This document shows positions 49,658 to 62,594 of a stretch of DNA of 64,000 bases, one piece after another. Origin of the DNA: Tubiluchus corallicola (lineage: Eukaryota; Animalia; Priapulida); the NCBI GenBank assembly GCA_030141605.1, contig JAQGDQ010000004.1, positions 1,922,001-1,986,000 on the forward strand, read 5' to 3'. Each line of letters starts with the position of its first letter. Position 1 is the stretch's first letter. The position numbers and the translations under genes were made by a program. The notes under the pieces are model-generated. The model was given only the letters and a program-made list of their open reading frames with translations, was not told the origin of the DNA and did not search any database.

Positions 49658-52600
49658 ATGTCTACTGTGCGAGTACAGGTAAATTGCCTGTAGTTGGAGT
49701 ATACTGTATAGCCATTTGGTATTGCTATTAGAATACATGTAGGCCTATTTGTGTAATTTGCATTGTTTTAATAGACCCTAGACTGGTCATTTTTGCCTAC
49801 TTACAAGCGTGCGAAAAAGTGTCCTCTTTTTTAACTAAGACAATATGGTAACCCTAGGTATACATGTATTTTATATTAGGGAATGACTAAAGGTCATTCT
49901 GGACTGCAGCAACTAAAAATACGGATCCGTGTCTCGAAAATACGGATCGATCCGTACGGCGAACGATATTAACGAGAAAATACGGATCGCCGTACCTATG
50001 TACGACGCGAAGAATATTGGCGAGAAATACGGATCGCCGTCAGAAAAGGGCAATATAATCACTTTCTTGTTTATCCACAACCTCAAACTACGCAATTGTA
50101 AATATCCGCGGATTGAGTGAAATTGAATATCCTCATAGATATCTATATTACAACGTATTCCCTAGATAGGACACGTGGTGAATGCGCGCAACACTCCGTC
50201 ATATTACGGTGGTCGAGTCATGCTTTATTACTATAGCGTAAACATAGTGACTGCCTAATTTTAGTATAAAAGAAGCATTTGTAGGGCGCTGAGTAACCCA
50301 CTAGCCGAAGTAGGGCACTTCCGGTAAAAGCTGTGCTAAATTTGCAGAAAAGCAGTGTCGTACATGGGCAGCCCAAGTAGGGCACTGGCGATTCTTGACG
50401 AGAATCGAGAATTATCATGATATCGTAAAACATAAAACTAAATTTGCTTTACCGAAAAAGTAACTTGTATTTTTATATGTATTTTTTACAATAGTATCAT
50501 CAGTATTATTAGCTCTATTAAAATCATTATAACATTGTACTAAGTATCTAATGCTTTAAAGAGAGAAACTATGCACACAGTTATTATAGAAGTAATTATA
50601 AGTTTAAAAATGAGACAGATGCTGCTAACCCTTCACAACACAAAAAAGTAATTCTTAACATTTAGGAAAAGCAAAGACAATTAGTTTTAATAATATCAAT
50701 AGTATTGTAACACATAGGGCACTGTCCTACATGGCTCGCTAGCCCATGTAGGGCACATAGATCGCTAGAACGTTTGCTTCAGAGAAAACAATTATTTGTC
50801 CAAGAGATAGTGAAATGGATCGTCTGTCTCTGAAGCGAGACAAAATAAAAAAAGATAAAATGATATACCTTAAACAAATGTTGAAATTGCTAAAAAGTGG
50901 GTTTATTTCACTTCAACAACATTAATATCGAAACCAAATTTAATATTGTCCGTTCTACCAGCTGAGAATAAAATTCTTTTATTTTATCAGATGTATAATA
51001 AATTATTCAACGTGTATTGACGTTTTTAATTATTATTATTACATAAACGAGGACAACGGACGGTGCTAGTACACTTAATGACTCAATTTGCGACCTGTCT
51101 CTAGTGTCCTACTTGGGCAGCCCATGTACGACATATCCTACTTGGACTAGCCCATGTACGCCAATTGTCCTACTTCGGCTAGTGGGTTACTCGGCGCGCA
51201 ACAGAGTTTATCCCCCGTTTGCATACGAAAAACAACAGGATTAGGTTAAAAAACCTTTTTTCATATATTACGCTGAACTTTTAATTTTTTCTGATATGAA
51301 TGAATGTGTTTTGTATTGTCAATTGAATATATTTGCGGCTTCCCATTGTAACAGTTTTATCTCACTAATTAGCATTGTTAGCGCTTGAACATTTAATAAT
51401 GTAATAGATTGCATAAGTCTTAAGGTGCTTGCTTGATGTTAGTTAATATTTCTACTGATAAATACTTTTAAAAAGAATGTGAATATCCTATTATTGTGTA
51501 TGCCCGTTTTAATTTTTAATAATTATAAAATGTTTTTTTACTAGAGTTCTGCTACTTTACATGTAACTCTAAGGAAATTGCAACAACAGTGAACCATTGT
51601 CTGCATAGTGGCAAAATTATTAGAATTTAATTATTCAGTTAGAACATTTTTTGCAAAATTCTAAAAGTTTATTTTTGAAGTATCAAAGTGCTGTACTGTA
51701 TTACTAAATGAGCATTCTACACTCACGGTGCACAAAATTTTTTGACAGGGTCAAAAAGCTTCAAACAAACACTTTACGTACAGCATAATTAAACACATAA
51801 TTACGGCAATAAATGGTCGTTACGTTGGGGAAATAGGCATTTGAGGCCTTTAAGTGGTCGAAATAGTTCAGCAAGGAGTTTCGTAACTGTTTTTCGGCAT
51901 TAAAGATACAAAATTTAGGTTTTCATTCACAAACAGAATTTATTGCTTTCTAATCAGCGAATTAACTAGTTTTCATGAACTAGCTTTATACATTACACAT
52001 TATAAGTCTCGGCCTATTCAAACCTTTAACCTCGAGGAATCACAGAGAAAGTGAAGTAATTTGATGTTTTAACTCAATATAAAGGGGATTAATATGACAA
52101 TCGAACGTAATTATACTTATTGGAACCTTTATTAAATGCAAATTTGTAAAATGGCCTTTTTATTTTTTAATAAAAATGACATATAAAACACTACAAAAAT
52201 TGAATTGGAATATGACTGTCATTAATTGTAGTACAGCTTTGATATGCAAAATAATAAAATAACTAATTAATATGAGGCCTGGCTCACATAAAGATGCTTT
52301 ATAATGTTTACAATGACAAACAAAATAATAAACCAAGCAAGTAACAGTAACCAAGTATAAGTAATAACTACATTATAATATTCGTAGCATACCTGGCAAC
52401 AGGTGCATGTAACAGTTCAGCAACTCTACTGCATATCACATCAAGACTAAAAATTTTTCTGTGTTCGACAAGTCAATAAATAACAACTCAAACTAAGGAA
52501 AAATACAGTTAGTAGGTTATCACATTCACAACACTCTATAAAAAATAGGCTGGTAGATCATCATATTAACACACTCTAAGAAATTCATACCGCATTAAGA

Positions 52601-55600
52601 TTTAAACTCTTGCTAACTGGCCTACTACATATCAAAATACTAAAGTTTTTTGTAACAATAAACAAAAAAAGCAAACAAACTATTAATTGGTAGCATATGC
52701 AACTCACAGCACTAAATCAAAGCTAACAATTTGCAAGACAATAAAAAGAGACTAACTAATATTTACAGTGTAACTATTATATTACGAAGAAAAATGGTAC
52801 GGCTACAGGCTGTATAATGCCATATCACCATTTTCATGAAGTGGGGATGTACTTTTCAATGATGTGCAGGACACATGGTATGCCGTATGTCGTAAAAATT
52901 GTCAAAATCCGTATGTTTTGTAAATGTCACAAAAAGCACGGATCTGTATTTGTTGCAAAAATAGCTATGAATACGAATCCGTATTCGGTATCGCAGAAAA
53001 GACGAGAACGGATCCGTACCTCTAGCCACTTCCTTTATATTGAAGTGCAGTTTGGTTTACTTTGTAAGAATGCAGTTGGAAATGTTGTTTATTGACCAAA
53101 TATGTTCTTAAAATAAATGAGGACCTAGATGGTAGCTATCTATAAACGGTCCTCTCTCAGATGTTTTTTGAAACTGTCAGCTGATGAAGCACTGATGATG
53201 GAAGACGGTTTCATGGCAGAACTACACAATGCCCAAAAAAGTTAGGTTCTAGCTGGTTGCACAAATAAGTTATTGTCTTATGACCACGAAAAACTCTGTG
53301 AGGCCTGGAAAGAAGTCTGTCTCTGTCAGAATAGAGTTACCACTAATTATTTTGAAGCAGTTCACAAGGTCTACTGTCTCGCACCTTTGCTCAAGAGTAG
53401 AAATTGGAGGGATCCAAGTCAATAGCAAGACGAGTATATCTATTCTGAGTTTTTTCAAGAGCATTCTTGAGAGTACCTTACTGGGGTGACCATGCAACCG
53501 ACGTATTCCAAAATGAGCCGAACAACAGCTTTATAGCTCTACATTTCTCGATATAACAGAGTGCTTGGTCGTGCCAACACTACGATTTGCTTTTTCAATT
53601 ATGTGGTTCAGATGAGAATTCCATTTCAGGCCATTGGAAATCATTACTCCCAAGGCTGTAATACAACTTTTTTCAGCTATTTGTACATTATTTAGAAAGT
53701 AAAGTGTAGCGGATTTTGTGCATATTCTAAGTATGGCATTCTAAGTTTAAGAGCCATCAACCATTTGCTGCACCAGTCTAAAATTTCATCCAAGTCATGT
53801 TGTAAAATACAATGATCATCCTAAATTGGACAAAACAGCTTTAAATCATCAACAAATAATGGGATGCTAGTCCCTGGGGAAATGCAATCAGTAATATCAT
53901 TAATAAAAATTAGGAAGCAATAATGGCCACTCAAGGTTCCTTGGGGAATACCAGTTGTAATGGGGCACCATTCAGTGGGCACCATTCATATACCATTAAG
54001 AACAACACGTTGGAAACAATGAGTAAGAAAGTAATTGAACCACTTGAGAAGCTTATCTCTTATACCGGAATACTCCATCTTAAGTAAGATATGCTGGTGA
54101 GGGACAGAATCAAATGCCTTTTTGAAGTCAAGATAAAGTACATCAGTACCAGGCAAAATGGAATCATTGAACAAGCTTGTCCAGTCCACTGATTTAAACA
54201 AGAAATAGATTGGTAATGACTGAATGAAGTGGAAGGAAACCATGTTTAAATTTACATGTGTTCAGTTTGGATGAGGAAAGTTAAAATCTGATCCCACAAC
54301 ACGGTTTCAAAGCATTTGACAACTACCAATGACAAAAAGATATATGGGGTGAGGATCATCACATGTGTTTGACTATTCGGGGATTGGGTTTTAGATACCT
54401 TTAGTTACCTTGTGGCTACCCTCTTTTGTAGTTCCCAATTTTCTTTCAGATTTGGATAGCCAATATGTGTAAAAAAAACCTTCAGGGTTATGTCATATAC
54501 ACATCTATTTAAGCACTGTTATTTGTGGCGCTAGCACAACACTTAAAAACATAAATGATTTAGTGTACTATATTTCATGAATATATATATATATATATAA
54601 CTTTCCTATATATATATATGAATATGTTGGTTTTAGGACCGAGCTATTAGAGCAAAATAGTGACTTCAGTATACAAGACTTCATCAAAGTTTATAGAAAG
54701 CTTTCTCATGTAGCCACTCAATGTTTTGCTGTTCCATCTTGTTTATGTAATATTGTATAACACTCTTGAATTGGTTCACTGTAGATGCATCTACTGCCCG
54801 AAGAAACTCATTCCTAGCAATTACAATTCTTTGACTGAAAAATAATTTTCTCAGATCCAAATTAGCCTGTTTCTTGTGTATCTGGTGCCTTGATGACCTA
54901 TTTGAATTCCGGAACTCGAAGAAGTTTCCACAGTCAACTTTGTCAATGCCCTTCCACAGTCAACTCAAAAACTTTTATTAAATCAGCACGTGCTGTCCTA
55001 GTAATAAGTGTTTGTAATTACAGTTAACGTAAACGAATACAGTATGGTAGGGCTTGCATTGCATCCGATTGGCTCTTTTCTGGACGGACAGCCTCAATCA
55101 AATAAATATCTTTTATATAATGTGGGTTCCAAACCGGGCTACCATATTTCAGGATTGAGCGAACTTTGGATTTGTAAAGTGTCATTATAATGCTTGCATG
55201 CTTGTTACAAAATGTTCTGTGAATCATTGCTAGAATGGCATTTGCTTTTTTAACTTTGTTTGAAATATGCTTTGCAGGTTTCAAATCAGATGAAAATATT
55301 ATGCCTAAATCTGTTTCCTGCTGTTTTTCTGTCAGCATTGTGTTATATAAGAAATGATCATGTTTCGCAATTGAAAAGCCCAATTGTACATTTATTTTCA
55401 TGAAATAACATTTGCCATTCTTTCGATCAGCTATGCAATTCATTTAATGATTGTCTTAGTCGTAAAATGTCTTGGTAATTTCCCACACGCCCACACAACT
55501 TACAATCGTCAGCAAATTTTGACATTTTGATGACTACTTCATCAATATCATTGACATACATTAAAAAAAGCAAGAGTCCGAGAACGGGTTAACATTACAG

Positions 55601-58600
55601 TTAAGCCAACATTGGGGGAGCACTCCAGAATCAAGAGATTTATGAAACAAAAGGAAGAGAAAAGGGCAAGCTGCAAAGCACAGTATTTCAAAATAAATCT
55701 GTGAACTTTGTCGGATCCTGTAGCCTTAAATGGTGTTCAGTTAATAATCTCAGTATATACATTCTTGATACTGAATTTGATGTCATTTAAAGAATCGGCA
55801 TTCCAACCAGGAGAAGGAACAGGCAAGTCATTGTCATCAGGCTCAAGAGTGAAGCAAGATGCAAAAGCATCATTTATTGTAGAAGCAACCTGTTCTGGGC
55901 AAGTAATTTTTGGGTCAACCAAAAAGATTTGCTTCTGTCTTACCTCATGAATTCAATAGATGTCACCTGGAAGGGAAGAAAATTTTTTTTATGTTAAAGC
56001 TGAATCGTGGCATATTTAAAATCAATCGAAATCAAGGTTTGTTTATTTCCCACTGGATAGCAGTAATGTTTTAAATTTTTTCAATGTGCACACATTTTCA
56101 CATTTTGTTTTTTTGGTTTTTTGTTTCACATTACTAAATTGTATTATCGATTATCGTACACTTTCTTTTTGCGACAACACTGCTTGGCCGCTAATAGACT
56201 GATTTGGCTGAAAATACAATAATCAGCATCATACAAAACAGCAGCTCTGGCCGAGAGTTAACTGTAGAAAAACATATAACCAAAAAATAATGTTGGAATA
56301 ATTATTGTGTTTTACGTTTTAAATTAAAGAAATATGCTTTGGAAAAAATATGCTGCTTGAAAACACACAACACTGATGCATTCGTCTTGCGAAAGACATC
56401 GATCAGTCTGCTCTAACTACTGTGGAACAATGACAAGATACTGTTGACTTCATAAATTGTTTTCAAGTCGTCAATGGCTTAAAAATTCTGCATGAAGATA
56501 GTTTCTTTTCTTGACCTTCTAGGTCATCTTTGAGGACATTATTTGAAACAGTTTGTTCCTTATTGCCGAACCAAAATCGGCTTCTGATTTTTTTTGCCTC
56601 CAGTGTTTTCTGTTGTCAACCCATGGGACAAATTGTCAACTGCACCTGAGATGCACCATCAATCATAAGTTTCAAGGTATCTTTCAGAGGGGCTTGAAAT
56701 ACTTGGATTCACATCACCATTTCCTCTATGTATTATTGGTTTTGCTCCCCATTTTTAATCTGGCAGAGCTACGACTGCTGCACAAAAACTTTGTTGTTTT
56801 CACTTCAGATCATGCAAATATTTATGTACAATAATACAACACTAGTTGGACGTCAGTGGTGTAGCTAAGGGGAGGACATCATCATTGTGCCCATTAGATT
56901 AGTGCTCACCATATAGGAAAATACCTTGTTTGTTCGAGAGGTGGACAAACTTGAAAACATTTATCGTGAATCATTCATTGTTTTTCGTTACATCTATTAC
57001 TGAAAATTTTTACATGTATCAAGTTATATGTTCCTACGAACTTTTTGAACATAACTGAAGGCAATACCATACTTATTGCTTTTACTGCTATTTTATGGTA
57101 GTGTATGCATTATTTATCTGGAGAATATGATTGTTGTAATAACCAAAAAATGTTTTCTGAGTTTTTATCTAGTTTTTGTGATGTTTGAAATAACATTTTC
57201 AGCAATGGGCAACATTTGCAAGAATGTGGTGGCTGTACGATGCAAAATGGCAGCATCCAAAAGCCATAGCAGAAAAAGTTAAAATATACTTGATGGGTAA
57301 ACACAAGCCTCTTTATCATCCATTAGGTAAGTAACTTATGTGTGTTGGATGATCAACTAAGTTCATTAAAATATCAAACTTAATTAGTGCTTGCAAAAAA
57401 GTGTATTTAACATTTTCATGAGATAAGAGAGGTCTTTTCAGTTTCAATATTCTTGCTTCAGACAGTTGAGTGTTTTGCAGTTTGATTATAATTTAGAAGT
57501 CTTTAAAGTCAAGTGAAACTGCTCTGGTCGTCAGTCCTTAATTAGAACTCTCTCTAAGAAATATCACTATCTTATTATTTATTTAATTATCATTTATTAT
57601 TTTTCCTAGCTGATTGTGGAGATCAAGTGGTGATAATTAATACACGTCACATAGCAATGAAAGGCGATGAATGGTTTCGAAAAAATTTTTATCATCACAC
57701 CGGGTAAATCAATTTTTTGGGAAATGTAGATTAGTTTAAATAAACAAAATTAAGAACAGCTAAAATTTCTAAAATTTGCACTATACCAGATAACTACGGG
57801 TAACTAACCAGGTACCTTTGGACAATTGCAGCACTTCAAATGAAATGTCAGCATTCTTGACGTATATATTGGTTTTTTGTAAATCCGTTTGCTATGTTTA
57901 GGGTATCTGTATTCAAAGTATTAATAAATTTGGCAGGTAGGTAGGTAATATAAACTTTCAATTTGTGTATTTGAGTTGTATGTAAAAGTTTGTGGATTTT
58001 GTGCTTTTAAGTTAGGTTTGGTAAAGAAAATGTCCTCCAATAAAGAAATGAACAAGAGGTTAAAAAACACATTATGGCAACTGCACACTGTCTTCAGGTG
58101 AAAAAGAGAAATAAAATTAGGAAGACACAAAAAATTAGTAAAAATAAATTTTGCATACTGAAATGTTGCATTTTTTTCATTTTTTATTGCCATTTTTTTA
58201 TTTGGCATTCATGTTTTTCTCATTAACAATCGTTTTTACTTTGTACTTATGCACAACTTTTGGTAATTAATGTATAGTACTGGCTGGAAAAGAGTTAACT
58301 TCTGTGTAACCTTTTAACGGCTAAAGAAAAAAAGTACTTTTGAATGTAATCGAAGTCAGCTAAATGAAAAATGCATTCAATAAGTGATAATTTATCAGCT
58401 CCATGTATAGTTTTGAACATTTTTAAATCAGCTAGCAATAACAGAATCTAGTAGATTAAAGAGGCAGTGAGATTCAATATAGATACAAGACAAACTTAAC
58501 ACTGATTCTAACCTTAAGTGTATGTGGTTCCAATTCATATGAATTCAGACAAACCAATTCGTAGAAAATTTCAACTTGTTTGAACTGAATCATGAAACAG

Positions 58601-61600
58601 TAATTCAAAGGCTAAATGTTAATTGCATTCAGAATCGCAACCACACACTGTGGGTGTCCATATTTTGGACAGTTGAGTAGGAATGAACTCAAATTGAATT
58701 CTAGTATATGTATAGTATATACTACAAGTACTATATGTCTGAAATTCGTGTTTGAATGTGAAATAATTTTCTAAAATTAAATGATGACGAACCGGCTATG
58801 ACTATTTTTGGCACTTGTCATTAGCTTTCAAAAATCAGTCAATTATCCGTTCTGGTTGAGAATAATCGTATCAAGTTGTCTAGTAGATTTAGGAACCTTG
58901 TCGTGATTTAAGTGATTATGGACGATTGTCTATCAGTGGCCTTTCACGTTAACAGTATTTGTATATCTTCATATTTTTATTTGCGAAATATATAAAAAAT
59001 TAGAACATTTCTTATGAAGGATATTTGTGAAATCTGGTGCATGCTTTTGTTAGCTGCCCAGTTGGATTACTGCAGTAGTTTATTATAATGGTCTTCCTAT
59101 ATCAAATTCAAAAGCTTCAACGCGTACTCAATTCAACTGCCAAGATAAACACTCGCTTTCGAAAATTTGACCATATCACTCCAATTCTCAGAGAATTGCT
59201 CTGGTTGCTAACTGAGTACAGTAACTAAATTTAAAATGAATTGATAACTACAAAGCAATCAATAGTGTGACTCCTACTTACATATCAGACCTTCTTAAAC
59301 TATATGTCCCTTGCATTAAAATGTTCAATAAATTATTATTAATTATTTGTACAGAGACAAACAGGAAACCATTAACTGAATGTTAAGATCCATCTGTAAG
59401 TAGCTATTGTATGAACTCTGAGACTTTGTTTAATGTGCATTTATCCATTTATACTGTCATAATGATTCTATACTATATTGTGTTTAGTTACCCTGGTGGA
59501 TTTTCATCATGGCCGGCTTGGGTTGTGCAAGAGCAGGACCCAACTAAGGTAGGAATAGTATTGCAGCTCGATTTCTGCGATAATGAAAATTTTAAGTTGT
59601 GAACTTTATTTAGCTCAACGAGAAGTATTTTCAAAGTTGGTTAACAGACATGTGTAGCTAGTAATTTCCAAGTGTTTGTCAAAAGCTGGTATAAATATGT
59701 GGCAATGATTCAAGACATGCAATTAAATTGTTTTCATTTCAATTTTTTATAATTTGTTGTTTATTTTAGGTTGTATGGAAATACATTTATCATGCTATAC
59801 CACACCGTTATAGTTATATCCGTAAAACAGAAATTGCGAGATTGCACCTTTTTCCAGATGAGGTAGCTGGTTCCTTTCTAACTAACACTTTTACTGAGAA
59901 GCAATGTTAAATGAGTAGAAACCACAGTGTTCTATTTTCAAGTAGAATATATATAGACTATGTAGCGGAAATTCAACATTGATTATTTTTCTTAGTACAG
60001 TAGGTGCCACTTAATAGACTCAGTCGCTTAGTTGACTCAAAAACGCCTGGTACGGGTCGCTTTTATTCAAATGTACATAACAACTGCCGATAATTGACTC
60101 AAATAACTCCGCATAATTGACTCAATATTTTTGCTTTACATACTTCAATAAGACACTTTCGTGTGACTAATAAGCTTTTATGACTTTTATATCATCTTAG
60201 TTCACTTTTGTCCTATAATATACATAGAACCAATTATGTTAAGTAAGCAGGAATGTTTATCATACACCAATATGCTAGCCTAATGGTTTGCTTTGACTCG
60301 CCCGTGTATCATACAACAACAGTTTTAAAATGTTTTTATCATTTTGAGAACTTTCTGACCCAACTTGTCACAAAAATTGAATCAGCCGACCTTGGGCGTA
60401 TATCCATTATTTTTGCAAATAAACAGATTTGCGTGATTTAGAAAAGTATACTTTTTAATTTATTGCTAATTCACTTATATAAATTAATATTTTAAAACTT
60501 TTTTTTCTAATTTTTAACTGCACAAAGGAATTTATGCATTACTTCGTTTCTAAAATTCATTAAAAACTTTTGCAGTGCATAGTAAGCTGGTGACACACCT
60601 GTAATACTACACCCATCGGTTAATAGGTTCAGTTGGTTAATTGGGTCAAAACACTTTGGTCCCAAAGTGAGTCTATTAAGTGGTGCCTACTGCATGCGTC
60701 ATCTGCTAAAGTGATAAGTTTCGTAATCAAAGAGTGTTTTAATTTATCTACATATTTTACTTCTGTATGACAGGATGTACCTGCTGAAGTATTGAAAAAT
60801 GTAACTGCAATAATAAGGCAGCATAGACCTGTGCCAAAAGCACTTGGCGATTATACGAAAGAAGAGTGTGACAACTTTCCAAATCTTTTCGATTGGTATG
60901 TACAATTTTCTTATATTAAGTTGATCAACTGATGAGTTGGCTATTACTTCCAACTCACTTGCACTAAAGAGAATCTTAACTTTTTGCATTACTCTTTAGG
61001 AATTCATTAATTTCATTTATTTTTTTAAATGTATATAATTTAGACTTGTTATTTTCACAGAATTTATACTAAAATATAAGACGAATTTTAAGCGCATAAG
61101 TGTATTAATAATATAGAAACATATAAAGACGTAGGCTATAATAATAATTGTAGTAGGTATTGCACCATCAGCAGAGCAGCTGTTGCCAGGAGCACTGTGA
61201 TGCACAGTCATTCGTACATTGTGACTTTTGCATAGGTGGAGAAGTATAAAAGACGAGGTAAATGCGTAGGTACTTCAGTCCTTGTCAGACTCTGTTCAGA
61301 CTCGCTCTTCTTATGCTTGCTATAACTGCAGGTCATTAGTAGAACGTCCTGAAACAGAAAGCTGGTTTTGATGCTTGCCTTTTCTGTAGGTGAATAAAAG
61401 AGCCTAGGAAGAAGGACATTTACAGATTTTGTATATAAGTGAGACCTTATCCTGCTTTCTGCTTTGGGTTTAAAAATCAAGTGAGGATTCAGGTCCAGGC
61501 TTAATTTCCTGAGACAGTTTGATTGACAGAATCAGGTTCAGAACAGCAATTGAGTCTGCTCTTATTTTTTCATGACTATTATTGGGAGAGGAGTTAGAGG

Positions 61601-62594
61601 ATTAGAAATTTAGCTGGATTTTATATTCAGCAGTTTGAAGTAAACTTGGAATCTGGGGTTCACAACCCAGATCTTGAAGAACCTGCTGAGAAAAGCAGTA
61701 ATTGCTGTAGAACAGAGCTCAGTCTGGTTTCATTCCAAGTAATAATTACTGACACGGTTTTTGAATGCAGTTTTTGAGAACTTCCCACGGTTATTACATC
61801 CCGAGTCCAATATTCTGACTTATTGTTTGGAAGAAGATTAAGCTGTTTACTTGGGGAATGAGTGCATACATGGACATTTTCCTGGAATCCAAAATAGTTG
61901 TGTAACTGTATTGTGTCATTGTGTAGAATGTGCTTCTAATCATCATAGCCAAACAAAGGCGTATTTGGATTTTTATCTCTTATAATCTTCATTATTTTGA
62001 AGTTAAAATAAAAGTTTGTAATGTAAATAACTGCTTTGTGGTTTATTTACTGTTATTACATTTTCCCTTGTTTGTGAAGACATGTAAGATGCTCAGTTAT
62101 CCCAAGAATTCCCTCCTGATGATGACTGCTAGTATGCTGTAAAAATGATGGATTTTCCTAATAAAAATGTAATAAAAGTATTACATATAATAATATGAAT
62201 TTAATTGAATAAAAATTTATTTTTCTTCATCTACAAAATAACAACCGCAACCAATCTGCAACGGTGCAATAGTGGGTCCTTTATGAAACAGATATTGTTC
62301 TTATTGTAAAGAACTTAAAAACTGTTTATTAACCCTATAGTTATCATAGCATCAATTGTCGCACTGTATCGCTTTTCCACTGAAGTTCATATTGAACAAA
62401 ATTATAGAACTTTTTTCCTACATGCAATAGGAACAAAATCTCTCTCAGTCATCAGTTCACATTTCAGTGCACCTTGTAATGTGTTTTTAATTACATTTAT
62501 TTTATGCGCATGTACTTGGAATTTTATTGGCGTAAAGAGAAAAAATTTCAAATTCTGTTTCTGTTGCAGGCCTAAAGATTACATCATCCGGTGA
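49658..62594 (+). CDS. MRPL13: Mitochondrial ribosomal protein L13 (uL13m), 179 aa, 7 coding exons
   Basis: Exons 49658-49678, 57203-57326, 57610-57703, 59488-59548, 59770-59862, 60774-60895 and 62570-62594 total 540 nt with GT-AG junctions and consistent phases. Product: [179 protein letters not shown]. Confidence 0.96.
49905..53030. mobile_element. Probable ~3.1 kb non-autonomous DNA transposon with AAATACGGAT subterminal repeats
   Basis: Four AAATACGGATC units at 49917-50036 are mirrored by inverted ATCCGTA units at ~52905-53020. The ends TACGGATCCGTGTCTCG and CGAGAACGGATCCGTA are near reverse complements. Confidence 0.55.
50286..51197. mobile_element. ~910 bp MITE with ~32 bp TIRs and internal GCCCA(A/T)GTA repeats
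   Basis: Left GCGCTGAGTAACCCACTAGCCGAAGTAGGGCA matches the right-end reverse complement GCGCCGAGTAACCCACTAGCCGAAGTAGGACA with 2 mismatches. Confidence 0.85.
53150..54330 (-). mobile_element. Decayed CR1-clade LINE, reverse transcriptase and 3' region
   Basis: It encodes [41 protein letters not shown], a FVDD (YADD-equivalent) motif and [12 protein letters not shown], with stops and frameshifts. Confidence 0.9.
54780..55960 (-). mobile_element. Second decayed CR1-clade LINE (internally deleted ORF2); possible ORF1 remnant to ~56800
   Basis: It encodes [51 protein letters not shown] and a C-terminal [10 protein letters not shown], and is disrupted. Confidence 0.85.
59010..59320 (+). mobile_element. 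L2/Crack-like LINE ORF2 C-terminal fragment
   Basis: Frameshifted pieces read [40 protein letters not shown] and [13 protein letters not shown]. Confidence 0.75.
59998..60692. mobile_element. ~695 bp Tc1/mariner-pogo (Tigger-like) MITE
   Basis: The TIRs are CAGTAGGTGCCACTTAATAGACTCA and TGAGTCTATTAAGTGGTGCCTACTG. The left flank is TA and the right flank is CA. Confidence 0.85.
61190..61880 (-). mobile_element. Highly decayed LINE fragment, possibly I/Nimb-like
   Basis: Minus-strand pieces (LDSGC..SKTAFK, QEIKPGP, LTR...TH, TVHH) weakly resemble the I-clade ORF2 C-terminus, with many disruptions. Confidence 0.35.

Noticed and set aside
49917-50040. Spaced AAATACGGATC repeats resembling a CRISPR array or iterons
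   Set aside because: The context is a eukaryotic intron, the repeats are short and irregularly spaced, there are no cas genes, and inverted counterparts near 52.9 kb indicate transposon subterminal repeats.
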